A stretch of DNA of 64,000 nt from assembly GCF_001194135.2 (NCBI RefSeq), contig NC_068993.1:44940985-45004984 (forward strand), read 5' to 3'. How positions within the stretch are numbered: position 1 is the stretch's first letter; every line of letters starts with the position of its first letter. Of the stretch, positions 25,683 to 38,654 are shown piece after piece. This stretch comes from Octopus bimaculoides. Its lineage: Eukaryota. A program made the position numbers and the translations under genes. A model generated the notes under the pieces. That model was not told where the DNA came from. It saw nothing but the letters and a program-made list of their open reading frames with translations, and did no database searches.

Positions 25683-26608
25683 TATACGACAGATTACTTT
25701 TCGTCTACTAAATCCACTCACAATGCTTTGGTTGGCCTGAGGCTATACTAGAAGACACTAGCCAAGTTGCCACGCAGTGGGACTGAACCCAGCACCATGT
25801 GGTCAAGAAGCAAACTTCTTACCACACAGCCATGCCTGCACCTTGTAATTTTGATCTATGGACCTCTGGATTATGGGTCCAATACATTTCCACTGCACCC
25901 TTTCTGTTTTTTTTTTTTGTCTTTTTCTTTACAATGAAATATAGGAGCCACCAAAGAGAGGGTTGATATTTTAACTCTCTGAGAATGGTAATTTTTAGCT
26001 GAAGAAGTGGAGTGTACCACTCCTGAACAGTTGACTTGCTACAAATTAATTCACTTAGAACTTCACTCTTGACTGCAAACATCCATTTTTAGAAGGTTTC
26101 TAATCCAATTTGATTTACTTGGATCTCACTTAGATTTATTAAATGTTGTTGTTGGACATTGTTGTTATTGGATATTGTTGTTGAATTTCTTGTTCTTGTA
26201 GTTTTTATGGCTGTTACTGCAGGCACTGTTTTTCTTTCTTCTTTTCTTTCTTTATCATTTACTTCTTTATAGTTCTTCTGTATATTATTTTCCCTCTTCC
26301 TTGTCTTCATCTGTTTCTTCCTTCATCTCTTTGCCTTTCATTATCTTCCTTTCTCCTTCTTTCAACATCTCTTTCTTTTTTTCTTCTTCTTCTTTCTTCT
26401 CTTTCTCTCATTTATTTCTTCCCTCTCCTTTCAGCTCATTACTCTTCTCTTCCTTCTCCTTCCCATCCCTCCTTCCCCATTCTCTTGGTTTGTGCAATCT
26501 TGGTGTGGGTGGAAAGAGTGACAAGAGGAGGAGGAGACGAAAGTGAGTCAAGGTTGCTTGGATGATGTTAGCACAAGACCAATCAGATCCAAGGAATAGT
26601 GGCTACTT

Positions 26609-26653
<45 letters not shown>

Positions 26654-28307
26654 AAAAAAGTCAGAGAAAAGATACAAAATATTTATGGGCCAAGGGTTGA
26701 AGTTTTACTGTGGGTCAGAGAATGGAGTGTGTTTTTGAGCAACATCATGCCAATCTGTTAGTAAAATAGTCTTTCTTAGCATGTGTGTATATAAGTGTGC
26801 ATGTGTTTATGTCTGTATGTATGTGTGTGTGTGTGCAACAGCACTGTCTCAAGATGTAGGAATAGTGCTCTGTTGTATCTCTCTCCTAAGCCCACCTAGC
26901 AGGTGAGACGTGGGTTAGGTATCCAGTCTGAAGTAGTTCATTGGTTAGGTTTGTGATGTTGTCATCTGAGGTAAGTGGTTTGACACAATCTGTTGCAATG
27001 TCATCTGAAGTAGTCTGGTGGCTCTTAACACACAATATATTGCTGCAATGTTACCTGAAGTACTCTAGCAGTTAGGTACCCAGTCCATTGCTTCTGTAGT
27101 TTCACCTCACACTGTTTAGTACTTAAGTTTGTCACACTGTCATATGAAGTAGCCTAGTGGTTTGGTCACTGTATGACTTGGCTGCTTTATAAAAATAAGA
27201 AAACAAATCCATTTCCTATTCAATGCTCTTTAGCCACTAACTTATAGAAATTGTCTTCCCTATGTCTCTATATTCACCACAGCAATAATCTCTGCTCCTC
27301 TGGACTTGTTGAATGTACTTCACCTCTAACTGCATCTATCCATCTCACTAACCTCTACCTTGTTAGAAAATTGTTAGCATATCAGACAAAATGCTTAGCA
27401 GCATTTCTTCCGACTCTGTAACATTTTGAGTTCAAATACTCCCAATGTCAGTTTTGTCTTTCATCCATTTGGATTTAACGAAATAAAGTACCAATCAAGT
27501 ACTGGGGTCCATGTAATCAACTTGTCTTCTCCTTTCATCATTGTCATCATCATCATCATCATCATCATTCAACATCTGTTTTCTATGCTAGCATGGGCTG
27601 GATGGTTTTTCCAGAGCTGGTAAGGCCAGAGTCCACCCTGTCAAAATTGCTGGCCTTGACTCCTAAAATTGTCCAGTTTCCCATTCAGAGGGAATGTTGT
27701 GATCTTAGTCACTTATATGCCATAGAACCCAGATAACTGACCTTATGAATCTCATGACTTGAGAAAATTAAAAATAAAAATTAAATTGGAAACTCTGAAC
27801 TATAAACTCATTTCATGCATCAATGATTAATCTTGAGTGATTTTTATTTATTTTTATGTCTTGTGACTCAATCTAGGAAAATGGCTGTTTACTGACACAA
27901 GCATTTCCAAATATGGAAACAATGCCTGATATTGCTGTAGTTATTTGCCTGCAACAACAAAATTTTAAAAAAATTATTTTCTTTTCTTAAATTTCAACTT
28001 GAAATCATAATTTCAGCACACTATTTGATTGCAAATCAATCAATATTAATTGCATATTTAAATCAGTTTCATCAATACAAATCTAAAATGGATTTCAAAG
28101 CATAATAAATTATTTTTATTTTTATTAAATGTAGTAAAAATGCAAATCTTTCAGTGCTTTCTGTAACAACTTGATGCAACAGAATAAAATACCAGCGACC
28201 AGGTTGAAGACATACACTTAATAGTGTAGTCATGTTTCATTAAATAAACAACTATGTTCAAGTTTTATCTGTTTTACTTTATATTTTTCATATTTTTTTT
28301 TTATTAA

Positions 28308-28550
28308 CAGTTGATTTGGAGCAGTAGAGTTTGTAAATCCATATCCAATGTTTTTAGACCTTCACAGTTTTATTATCAAGAATTGGACTGAATATATTTG
28401 GCCTTTGTGTTGTTACTTTCATACTGACTGTCTTCGTTGTAGACTTAATTTTCAATAAAGCAAGCATCAACTCAATTCTTCATAATGAGATCATGAAGAT
28501 CTAGAAACATTGAATATGGATTTAGGAATTCTACTGTTCCTAAGCAACTG
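28308..28550. mobile_element. Long-TIR MITE / foldback element (about 79-bp arms)
   Basis: 28308-28386 and 28472-28550 are ungapped inverted repeats at about 80% identity (CAGTTGATTTGGAGCAGTAGAG... / CAGTTGCTTAGGAACAGTAGAA...); the right end is followed by TA. Confidence 0.75.
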
Positions 28551-30099
28551 TAAGAAAACAAACAACCAACCAAACTAGCAAGAAAATATAAAAAAGATAA
28601 AACTTGAACACAGTCATGTATTTAATGAAACATGCATAAAAGAAATGCATGTATATGAACAGAAAATTAATAATTTGTTATGAGCAGCCAAAGCAGTGTT
28701 AGTTCAAAATAGCATTTTGCATATCTTACTTAATGTGGTTATATTCTGTAGATAGTCATAAAACTGCTCTACATGATGTTTTCTTGTGACAAATACCAGT
28801 TGTGTGGATTTCTGCAATATATCCATGTTAAGTAAGATATACAAAATGCTATAAGATTAATGATAGTTCACTTTACAACTGCTTGGTTGTAGGTTCAATT
28901 TCAATGTGGGGCACCAAAAACAAGTGTCTTCTGTCACATCTGATTGACCAGTTGCCTTATGAATGGGATTTGGTAGATTTGAAAGCCAGTCATGTGTGTG
29001 TGTGTGTGTGTGTGTGTGGCTGTGTGATAAAAAGCTTGTTTCCCAACCACATGGTTTTGGGTTCAGTTCCACTGCATGGCACCTTGAGTAAGTGTCTTCT
29101 GCTATAGCCTTGGGCCAATCAAAGCCTTGTGAGTGGATTTGGTAGACAGAAACTGAAAGAAGCCCATTGTATATATGTATATATATATATATATATGTAT
29201 ATATTTGTGTGTTTGCATATCTGTGTTTGTCTTCCTGCCATCACTTGACAACTGATGCCGATGTGTTTATGTTCCTGTAACTTAGCAGTTCGGCTAAACC
29301 GACCGATAGAACAAGTGCTAGGCTCACAAAGAATAAGTCCTGGGGTTGATTTCTTTGACTAAAGCCCTTTAAGGCAGTGCTCCAGCATGGCCATAGTCAA
29401 ATGACTGAAACAAGTAAAAGAATATCACAGAATAATGTGAAGCCCAGCAAAGGAACTAAAAATAAAAAGTGAAGGTAAACAGATAGAATGGTCTTTTCAA
29501 ATACAAAGTATCCTGTGTGGTATTTAATCTTCCGCATCAAACAACTTTTTGTTACTCTTGGTGTTACCAGATATACTGTGAAGCAGTGACTGGCCAGTTG
29601 GCGACCTGTAACCATCAAAGTTATTGTTCACCAGCTGCAATATAAATAAATGCATACAACAGATAAATGAATGTTTTGTAAAGTGAGAGTGAAAAATAAC
29701 ATAATGATAAAGTAACTGGGAACCAAACCATATGTCATTTACTTTACTATTTAATCCTCGTTTACTAAGCATTTTGTGTGGCATGCTAATGATTCTACCA
29801 GCTCGACACCTTTATAATGAAAGTAATCGTGATGATGATGGTAATAATGATATTAATAATGGTTTCAAATTTTGGCATAGGGCTGGCGATTTTGATGGAA
29901 GGGGCTAAGTTGATTACATTGACCCTAATACTCAACTGGTACTTATTCTATCAACCCCTAAAGCATGAAAGGCAAAGTTGATCTAGGTGGAATTTGAACT
30001 CAGAACATAAAGACAGACAAAATATTGTTAAGCATTGTGTGTGACCTGCTAACAATTCTACCAACTCAACACTTTATAGTAAACATAATGATGATGGTA

Positions 30100-30141
<42 letters not shown>

Positions 30142-31061
30142 ACAACTACATCTAAGAAAGCTTTATTGTAAAATAGGTAATATACTTAAGACAGTCAAGA
30201 ATTTTCCATTCAGTCTCCTTGTCTGTTGGCAAGCCATTACATCTTGAATTTAGTTTTGAAGTATTGCTCTCTCTATTCAAATAGAATGCTATTCAACTGG
30301 AATTAAGGTTTTGGTTTTTAGAGTTTTAGTTTATTGACAGTTGCATTTTTTTTTTTCTGAAAATTTTCACAATTACAATTGACGAAAGTAAAAAGTTGGA
30401 AAGAAAAGAAAAGAAAAGAAAATGATAAAGCAATAAAAAAAATTCTGAAGAACATGAAAAACAAGCAATGAATTGTTTCAAGTGGGATTAATCATTTGTT
30501 TGTTCTTTGCTTTGTTTTGTGTGTATGTGTTTTATTTTAAAATTCTTGTGTAATTAATTATTTGTTTCAATTCTTTTATCTCTCTATAACCTCTTGTTAT
30601 TGCATTCATTCTTTGTTTGTTTGTTTTTTTTTTCATGTTAAATGAATAGAAATATATGGTTATTATTACTATTATGGCAGTGAATGGTAATGTCTTTGAA
30701 GAATTATTCTGACAATAAATGTCTTCTCTGCCAGTTTTAAGTAATGGCTATTACTGTGTAATCTTCATTCATTCATTTCTTTATATCCACTCAATATACA
30801 CGAATGGGATGCAAGTGGGCTGAGTGAAGGTATTCTTGGTGTAGTAACGATGGTTTGTATATTGTATATTTTAGAGTGGGAGCATTTCAACGTGCCTGTT
30901 TTTCCATGGGTCTGATATTCAACCAAGCCATATTTTGCCATTCCTGTCAGATATGAGATGGTGTCTTGGCACAGCCATCTCGGTACTAAATATTTGGCAT
31001 TACTGATTGCCTGATTCTACCAGGCAATGAACTGGTAGAATCAGCATGCTGGGCGAAATGC

Positions 31062-31289
31062 TTAACCCTTTTGCGTTCAAATTAATATGTCAAAAGTCAT
31101 CCTTATTCGTTTACATTTTTAAAAATTAATCTGGTATTATCTTGTAGCTTTAAGAGTTGAAAGATGTAATTGCTTATTTTTAGAATGACATTGCAGAGTA
31201 GGTGTGAAATACTGGTTCTGGCCAGTTTGAGCATAAAATGAGTAGAATATTTGGGCCGGATATAGCCGGTTTAAACACTAAAGGGTTAA
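31062..31289 (+). mobile_element. TTAA-flanked (piggyBac-like) MITE, about 220 bp, nested in a SINE
   Basis: TTAA|CCCTTTTGCGTT...AACACTAAAGGG|TTAA. The flanks join into one continuous SINE head (gggcgaaatgc...gacatttcg). Confidence 0.8.
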
Positions 31290-34200
31290 TGACATTTCGT
31301 ATGTCATTATTTTGATTTCAAATTCTGCTTTTCATCATCCTTTTGAGGTCAATAAAATAAGTCACAGATGAGCCCTGGGGTTTATGTAACCAACTTAGCC
31401 CCTCTCCTGAAATTGCTGGCCTTGTGCCAAAATCTGAAACCAATATTTCTCTCATTCTCTCCCTCCTTCTTTTCCCTCTCTCTTTCATTCTCTCAGTCTC
31501 TCTCCTTCCCTCCATCCTCTCCTTCTTTCTCATTCTATCTATGTATTTCCGCATGCATGTGTGTATGTATGCTTCCAGCACCAAAGGATACTGTTGCCAA
31601 GACAAGCTGAATGTCTATCAGCTCCACATATATTCTAATATTTTCAGTAACTCTTCTGTTCTTTCAACTCACTTGTATCTATATGTGCTACTGGCTCTCA
31701 CATAAGTTAACATTTAATATTTCTCACTCAATAGGTTTTATTCAACTTTTGTTTTTCCAAATGCCACAGACTTGGGTTGATTATCAGCTTCTTTGAAATG
31801 CTGTGTATATTAAAGAAAGTGTGTACTGGTATTTATCCCAGCCTTTTCTCCATTAACAGTTTGCACTCTTAGGATAGGAAACCAGCCTCTCATAGTTTTT
31901 TTCATACGGAAGGATGTGAGCCAAGTATTACAAGTTAATATAATGCTTGTTTGTCACATAGGCATGGCTGTGTGATTAAGAAGCTTGCTTCCTGACCATG
32001 TTGTCTTAAATCCAATCCTACTGTGTGACACTTGAGCAAGTGTCTTCTACAGTAGCTCCAAGCCGACCAAAGCCTTGTGAGCGGATTAGCTTAACAGAAA
32101 TTGGAAGAGTGTGCTTGCATGTATGCATCCGTCTGGACATCATGAGATGGTTGCAAAAACAAGCATCAGTGTCATACAAGCAATGTTGTTTGTTTACAGT
32201 TTTCCATGATAAGCAATGTCTGACTAGAGGGAAATATCTTGCCTGGAAGTAGGTGAGGGTTTGGCAACAGGAGGGGCATCCAGCAGTAGAAAACCTGCCT
32301 CAACAAATTCCAGGTGATCCACAGTAGTTTGGAAAAGTGGACCTTAATGATGAAGATGATGATGATGTAGCTCTAGCTTATTTACAGTTTATTGATCTTT
32401 TGAAATCTGAAGTAGCTCAAGTAGAAAATTGAAGTCAGGAACAAAACATAAACTGTGGTCAATCAACATTTACCAGGAACGCAAAACAGTAACTTCCAGC
32501 TGTTTCCTTAGAGTGTTGTGAGTGCTATGTCTAAAAGATTTATTGTTGTCATGTTGCTGTTTAGCCCCAGGTTAACTGTGATTGAGCAGACTTATAATCA
32601 AAGACATTTCAGCTGTTAGTGTCTTGTTTTTTTAGACATATTTAAGCTTACATGATTTAATGAATCGATTCCTTGTGTAAGATGATAGGATGTGATTTAA
32701 AGGAGATTTGGTTGCTATTTCTTGCAGGTTGATCTACTGCCTAGAGTCTCTCACAATGACTTGGATGACTGTCATAAAGGGTAACATGATGTAAGAGGGT
32801 GATTACATGAATGAATGACTAATCATTGCTTAAAAAGTAAAATAAGTAACTGTAACCCCTGGAGTCCTAGGATTTATAAAGGCCAGCCGATTACTTGGTT
32901 TACATGGTGGCCAAGATCACAGCACTTCTTCGAAATGGGATGCCAGTCCATCACAGGGTTATTCATTTACTGCTGAGTGAACTGAAGCAATGTGAAATAA
33001 AATGTTTCACTCCAGAAATTGAAACCATGATCTTGCGATTGTTAGTGCAACACCCAAACCACTGTGACACATGCCTTCACTAATTATTGTTTATAGAATG
33101 TAATGTGGTTGGCGTTAGGAAGGGCATCCAGTCGTAAAAACCACACCAAAACAGACAGTGGAGTTTGGTGCAGTCCTCTGGCTTACCAGCTCCTGTCAAG
33201 CTGTTCAACCCATGCCAGTATGGAAAACAGACGTTAAATGATGATAATGATGCTGATGCTGACAATGGCAATACAACAATTATTTAATGTGAGAAACATT
33301 AAGAAGAAATAGAAATTACTGTTCAGAAGCTGTCAAAAGACAATGACTTTTGGGACTGCTTCTCTGATGGTCAAGGTTTAACATATTGAATCTTTGGCTT
33401 AACACTTTTGACACCACCCTGCCTGAGCCGACTCTTAATTCTATGATATGAATTCCCTGTTTAAAGCAATCTAAATTAAAACCTCCTGTCAAAATTTCAT
33501 TTTAAATCATGTTCCAAACACCCATTTAATACTGATAAAGTGATTTCAATAAATTTTTCATTATTTTCAAAATTAATCGAAGCAACAGTATTGTACTTCA
33601 ACAGAAATGTGGCAACAAAAGTGTTGATATTAAGGAAAATTTTTCTTTCTTTTTTTACTTCATAATGATAATAATTCTTTCTAATTTTGGCACAAGTCCA
33701 GCAATTTTGAGGGGAAGGGAAGTCAGTTACATCAACCCCAAAAGGATGAAATGTAAAGTTGACCTTGCAGCATTTGAACTTAGAATATGAAATGCCAGGT
33801 GAAATGTTGCCAAGCATTTTGTCCAACTTGTTAACAATTCTGCCAGGTTACTGCTTTGATAATTGTCATAATAACAATAATCAAATTAGTTAGTTAGAAA
33901 ATCTCTAAAAAAAGATGAAAGCAGTAAATAATAATCCTTTCTACTATAGACATAAGGCCTGAAATTTTGGGGGAGGGATCTAGTCAATTACATCAATCCC
34001 AGTGCTGAACTAATTTTACTAATTTCACTGACCCTGAAAAGATGAAAAGCAAAGCTTAATTTTGGCAGAATTCGAACTCAAACTGTAAAGCCAGAAGAAA
34101 TATTGCTAAGCATTTTGGCCAGCACGGTAATGATCCTGTCAGTTCACTGCCTTGATGATAATGATGATGATGGTGGTGGTGGTGGCAGCAGCAGTGGTGG

Positions 34201-34355
34201 TGGTGGTATTATTATTCTAATTCTGGCACAAGGTTTGATTTGTTATACTTGGGGATGGTCATATTTCATCAATTAAACACGTGCACCATAGAGTCACTGA
34301 TGCAGTCACAAGATGGTTGACGAAAGAGCTTTGACTAAGAAACTAAAGTAATAAT

Positions 34356-34716
34356 AACAAGAACACTCAGAGAGCACAAACCTCCACCAAGGCAACACCA
34401 ACGTCCTCTCAGCAATTAACCAGAGATTTTTCTTAAAGTGAGAATATCTGAAATAAACTTGACTGCTTTCACAAATGAGAATACTAAAAATGAACCTGAC
34501 TGCTCTCAAAAATGAAGTAAAAAAAAATCAAAAAAAAAAAAAAAATCCAGAATCCTTGTCTGGTACTGGATCAATTCCAAAAGCTAATCAGTTCGTGCCA
34601 ATCATAAGGCCAAACATCCCTGAAAGTTTCATCCGAATCCATCCAGCAGTTCATGAGATATCTTGTTCATGGACAAACAAACAATACCTCCATCTTCGCT
34701 AAGGCAGAGGTAATAA
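34356..34716 (-). mobile_element. Helentron-associated non-autonomous element (HINE / DINE-1-like)
   Basis: Minus strand: 5' TTATTACCTCTGCCTTAGCGAAGATGGAGGT (subTIR + partial inverted repeat), TTTG microsatellite, 3' subTIR CTTGGTGGAGGT, 3' stem-loop GTGCTC-TCT-GAGTGT, TT end. Confidence 0.75.
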
Positions 34717-34935
34717 AGTTGTGGTGAAGACCAAATATAAAATATATAGTGCATGTGTTTAGTTGGCAAAATATGACCACCCTCACGTATAATAATATCT
34801 ATTTCAACACATGATTTCACATCAGGAATCTTGCATAATAAATACATAAATGTGTATAATTTCATGGTTTTTAATAAACCATCGAACTATGTTAGAATTT
34901 TCAAAATATATAGAATTTCCATGAGTGTTGTTTGT

Positions 34936-34968
<33 letters not shown>

Positions 34969-35444
34969 GTGTGTGGCAGCACTGTTTATGTTTTTGTTGT
35001 TGTTTTAAGTCTTATCTTCTGTTACACATTGAATGAGAACAGTTTTCTATTACAGAAGTCTTTTAAATTTCTCTTATGACCATAAGATTTGAATAATAAG
35101 ATGGAATCTTGTTTCAAGCAGACTGTGTAGTTATTTATTGATGCTTTATCTACTGATACCAACAAAACTGGCTTATGCATAATTAATCAAGATCTAATTA
35201 AGACATGAGGATTTTTCTAGAAAATACAGACAAAAATCTACAAAATGTCTGAGATTTTTTCTCTGATAGTAAATTTTATGGCCAATACTGCTACAAATTT
35301 CATCAAGTTGTTAGATGTACCATTGTAAAAAAAGCTTGTTTGATTTCTATACTAGCTTGAAAAAGCAGCTAAATTCCCCTCTGAACAGAGCCAAAGTACA
35401 AAAAAAAGAAGGGGACTCTTTAAATAATGTAGTCTTAAGAATAA

Positions 35445-35590
35445 AATGCCCTTGTCATTTCTTCAGTGAAGCAACCCAATGTCAGAAGATTCTTTCTCAC
35501 CACTTCATCCCACGTCTTCTTGGTCTACCCCTTCCACAGGTTCCCTCCACATTTAGAGCTTGGCATTTCTTTACGCACTTTACACAGACA
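35445..35590 (-). mobile_element. RTE LINE ORF2 C-terminal fragment
   Basis: Minus strand CVKKCQALNVEGTCGRGRPR(frameshift)WDEVVRKNLLTLG. Confidence 0.75.
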
Positions 35591-35614
35591 TGCAACATAT
35601 ATTTCCATCCATTC

Positions 35615-35885
35615 ATTCATTTTTGCCACCCACTATTTCTGGGAGGGTCATTGGAGTAGTTTCCACTGGTATTTCCTCTGTAGAGCCCTATCAGAAGCAA
35701 CCTTTTTCCAGATGGATTCCCAAGCTGACCAACCGAGACTAAGGATGTTATCCAAATGTCTTGCTTTTGGTCTACTGCTAGGTCTCCTCTGGGTTGACTT
35801 GGCTTGAAGAATCTTTCTAGTGATCGTTTCCTGTGACATTCTAACTATATGTCCTTAGTAACAGAACTGTGACCTTTCAATGCAG
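35615..35885 (-). mobile_element. RTE-clade (Rex3/Expander-like) LINE ORF2 C-terminal relic
   Basis: Minus strand IERSQFCY*GHIVRMSQETITRKILQAKSTQRRPSSRPKARHLDNI (ORF 35648-35839), resembling IERSQLRWxGHxxRM...GRRPRGRPxxRWxD. Confidence 0.65.
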
Positions 35886-37351
35886 CTTAGTTTGGAGAGA
35901 CTCCGTGATCTTCAAGCTATGCATTCTGTCTGCAAATCAATCCCAGGACTTATTCTTTGTAAGCCTAGTACTTATTCTATCGTTGTCTTTTGCCGAACAG
36001 CTAAGTTACGGGGATGTAAACACACCAACTTTGGTTGTCAGGCGATGGTGGGGGGACAAACACAGGCACACAAACATATATATATATCTATATCTATATN
36101 NNNNNNNNNNNNNNNNNNNNNNNNNNNNNNNNNNNNNNNNNNNNNNNNNNNNNNNNNNNNNNNNNNNNNNNTATATATATATTTATATATGATGGGCTTC
36201 TTTCAGTTTCCATCTACCAAATCCAGTCACAAGACTTTGGTCAGCCCAAGGCTATAATAGAAGACACTTGCCCAAGGTGTCATGCAGTGGGACTGAACCA
36301 GGAACCATGTGGTTGGTAAGCAAACTACCCACCATGCAGCCACTGGAGTAATCAACATTATCATCATTTAATATCTGTTTCCTGTACTAGCATGGGTTGA
36401 ACAGTTTGACAGGATCCAATGAGCAGCAGGACTGCTTCAAGCTTCAATGCTTGCTTCCGCGCAGTTTCTATGGCCGGATACCTTCCTAATGAGTGTTTTT
36501 TTTTTTTGTTTTTTCATGTTACCAGCATTAGTGAAGTCACCAAGTTGTTTACAAAGTGGGAAGGATATTTAAGACAGGGGTGGGGGTAACTTCATGCCAG
36601 GTGTTGGAGGGTTAAAGTATGATAGAGGAACGAGCACGGGAGTCTTGATATTGAAGAGATACCTGGCTACCCCACAGTAAAATAGGAGATATATAGTATG
36701 TGTGAATGGTGCTACCCGGTTGTAATGTTTTCTCTGTTGTGTTAGTCCCGGGATTTTAGTTACGCATTGACAAATACATAACTAAAACTGAATAGGTATA
36801 TTCAGTCATTCTGGATGCGTTATAATATAGTTGTATGCTAAAACAAGAACTCTCTAATTAAAATTTATATCAATAATAACTACAATTTGCTCAATGAAAA
36901 TGCTTTTAAGCCTGTATATGTAACAACAAGGTCATAAGGAAATGTTAATAATCATGTAAGAAATATTTGTGTTGTGAATATCGTCATCACCATCAACAGC
37001 ATCCTTACCACCACCACCACCATCACCATCATCATTGTTATCATCATCATCATCATCTTCACCACCACTATCGCAACCATCACCATCATCATCATCATTG
37101 TTAATAGAATCTTATATTATCACTGTTATTGTCATCATCTTCACCACCACCACCACCACCCCCACTACTGTCATCACAATCATTGCCTTTAGTACCTTTT
37201 ATTCTTATGATCGTTAGTATTACTAATGTAATTTTGTTGTCATCACCACCACTGCTGTTAGTAATCATATATTCTTATCATCATCATCATCATCATCATC
37301 AGTATTATTATTATTAGTAGTAATGATGTTTTTCTTGTTTTTTTTTTCCAG

Positions 37352-37514
37352 ATTCTTCACATGTACATAGGAAGTGTAGAGAAACATCCTATAACGACAG
37401 CGGGGAGCCCACTTTACATCAAATACAAAAACTTTATGGCCATCACATTTATCATCCCACGTGAAAGAGACTGTCAAGATGTTTATACATCTCTTCTTAA
37501 ACTTTCACAGCCAG
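37352..37514 (+). CDS. MTMR6: MTMR6/7/8 coding exon 3: ILHMYIGSVEKHPITTAGSPLYIKYKNFMAITFIIPRERDCQDVYTSLLKLSQP(A)
   Basis: 163 nt, phase 0/1, poly-T + CAG acceptor, GTGAGT donor. Contains the family motif IPRERDCxDxYxSLLxLS; overlaps ORF 37361-37606. Confidence 0.96.
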
Positions 37515-37556
37515 GTGAGTTAATTTCCTCTGATTTTTATTCACACTCTCTCTCTC

Positions 37557-37588
<32 letters not shown>

Positions 37589-37682
37589 ATGATTACAGGT
37601 GCATGAGTGCATAGATGCATATGTACAGAAGTAGATGCATGCACACATAAAACACAATCATGCTCATACTATTCACACACAC

Positions 37683-37718
<36 letters not shown>

Positions 37719-37994
37719 GACACACACACAGACACACACAGACACAGACACACACACACACACACACATACACACAGTTTTTGTTTCTGTCAGTCTGTCT
37801 CTTTCTCAGCTTCATCTCTCTTTTTTCTTCCCCTTCTCCTAGCTCCTCTCCTCATCTCTCATCCCTCTCTCCTTCCTCCTCTCCCTGTCTTTCCTCTTCC
37901 TACTCTCTCTTCTCTCCCTCTTCTCTTCTCTTCTCTTCTCTCCCTCTTCTCTTCTCTCCCTCCTCACTTCTCTCTCTCTCTCTTTCTTTCTTTC

Positions 37995-38270
37995 ACGTAA
38001 ACGGAATAATCAAGGTGTTATGGTGTAGTGAACCATTGACAAGGTAGTACTGGATGCTATTGAAATAGATTGTAGTTTGAGTTTGTTCTAGAATATGGAT
38101 CCATAGTTGCTGTTAATTCAGTAATTTGCGAAGAATACTGAACAAACAACCTTATTTTGTATTTGTTGATGTCAAAGACATTGATTGTCTCAAGAATTAT
38201 CCAGAGAAACATGAAAGAAGATTAAAGTAGAATCAAGATTAAGGCAATTTGTTCATGTAGAAGATCCTGG
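37995..38270 (+). mobile_element. Highly decayed RTE reverse-transcriptase fragment
   Basis: Remnants resembling QFGFVPGRGT (tagtttgagtttgttctagaatatgga) and PLYxxFVDxEKAFD (ccttattttgtatttgttgatgtcaaagac); frames broken. Confidence 0.5.
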
Positions 38271-38654
38271 TGGAAGAAGGTGTACAACAAAGCTCAGTAC
38301 TTATTCTTCTCTTTCATTATACAAGTGATGTTCTTTGTTTCCAATCTTCCATACAAATCTATCTGATCATTGGGAAATATTACCTTAATGGGAAACAGAT
38401 GAGGGTTGCAGACTAGAAGGGCATCTGTCTGGCCCTTGTGAACATCAAAGTGTTGTTTTTGTTGATGATGATAGTGTTTCTGATTCAAAGAAATCTCCCA
38501 AAATACATATCTCACTAGCTTGTTCATATAACAGGATTTAAAGACGGTGTTTTGTTGTGGTATAGCAAATATCTGCTTCTGTTGTTTCTTTACAGCCTGG
38601 TAGATAAGTCAGTGAGCGAGGGTTACCTGTCCTGTTTATAGTTATGAATGACTC

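Noticed and set aside
26920-27160. CRISPR-like repeat-spacer appearance
   Set aside because: Eukaryotic context, irregular period, spacers mutually similar, no cas genes.
28311-28459. Apparent alternative terminal exon (strong acceptor, LIWSSRV...ELD*, AATAAA)
   Set aside because: The acceptor CAG and reading frame are the left arm of the 28308-28550 inverted-repeat element; signals likely coincidental.
38596-38625. Micro-exon after the strong acceptor TTGTTTCTTTACAG in intron 3
   Set aside because: In the required phase it reads A-W-stop, and the donors are weak.
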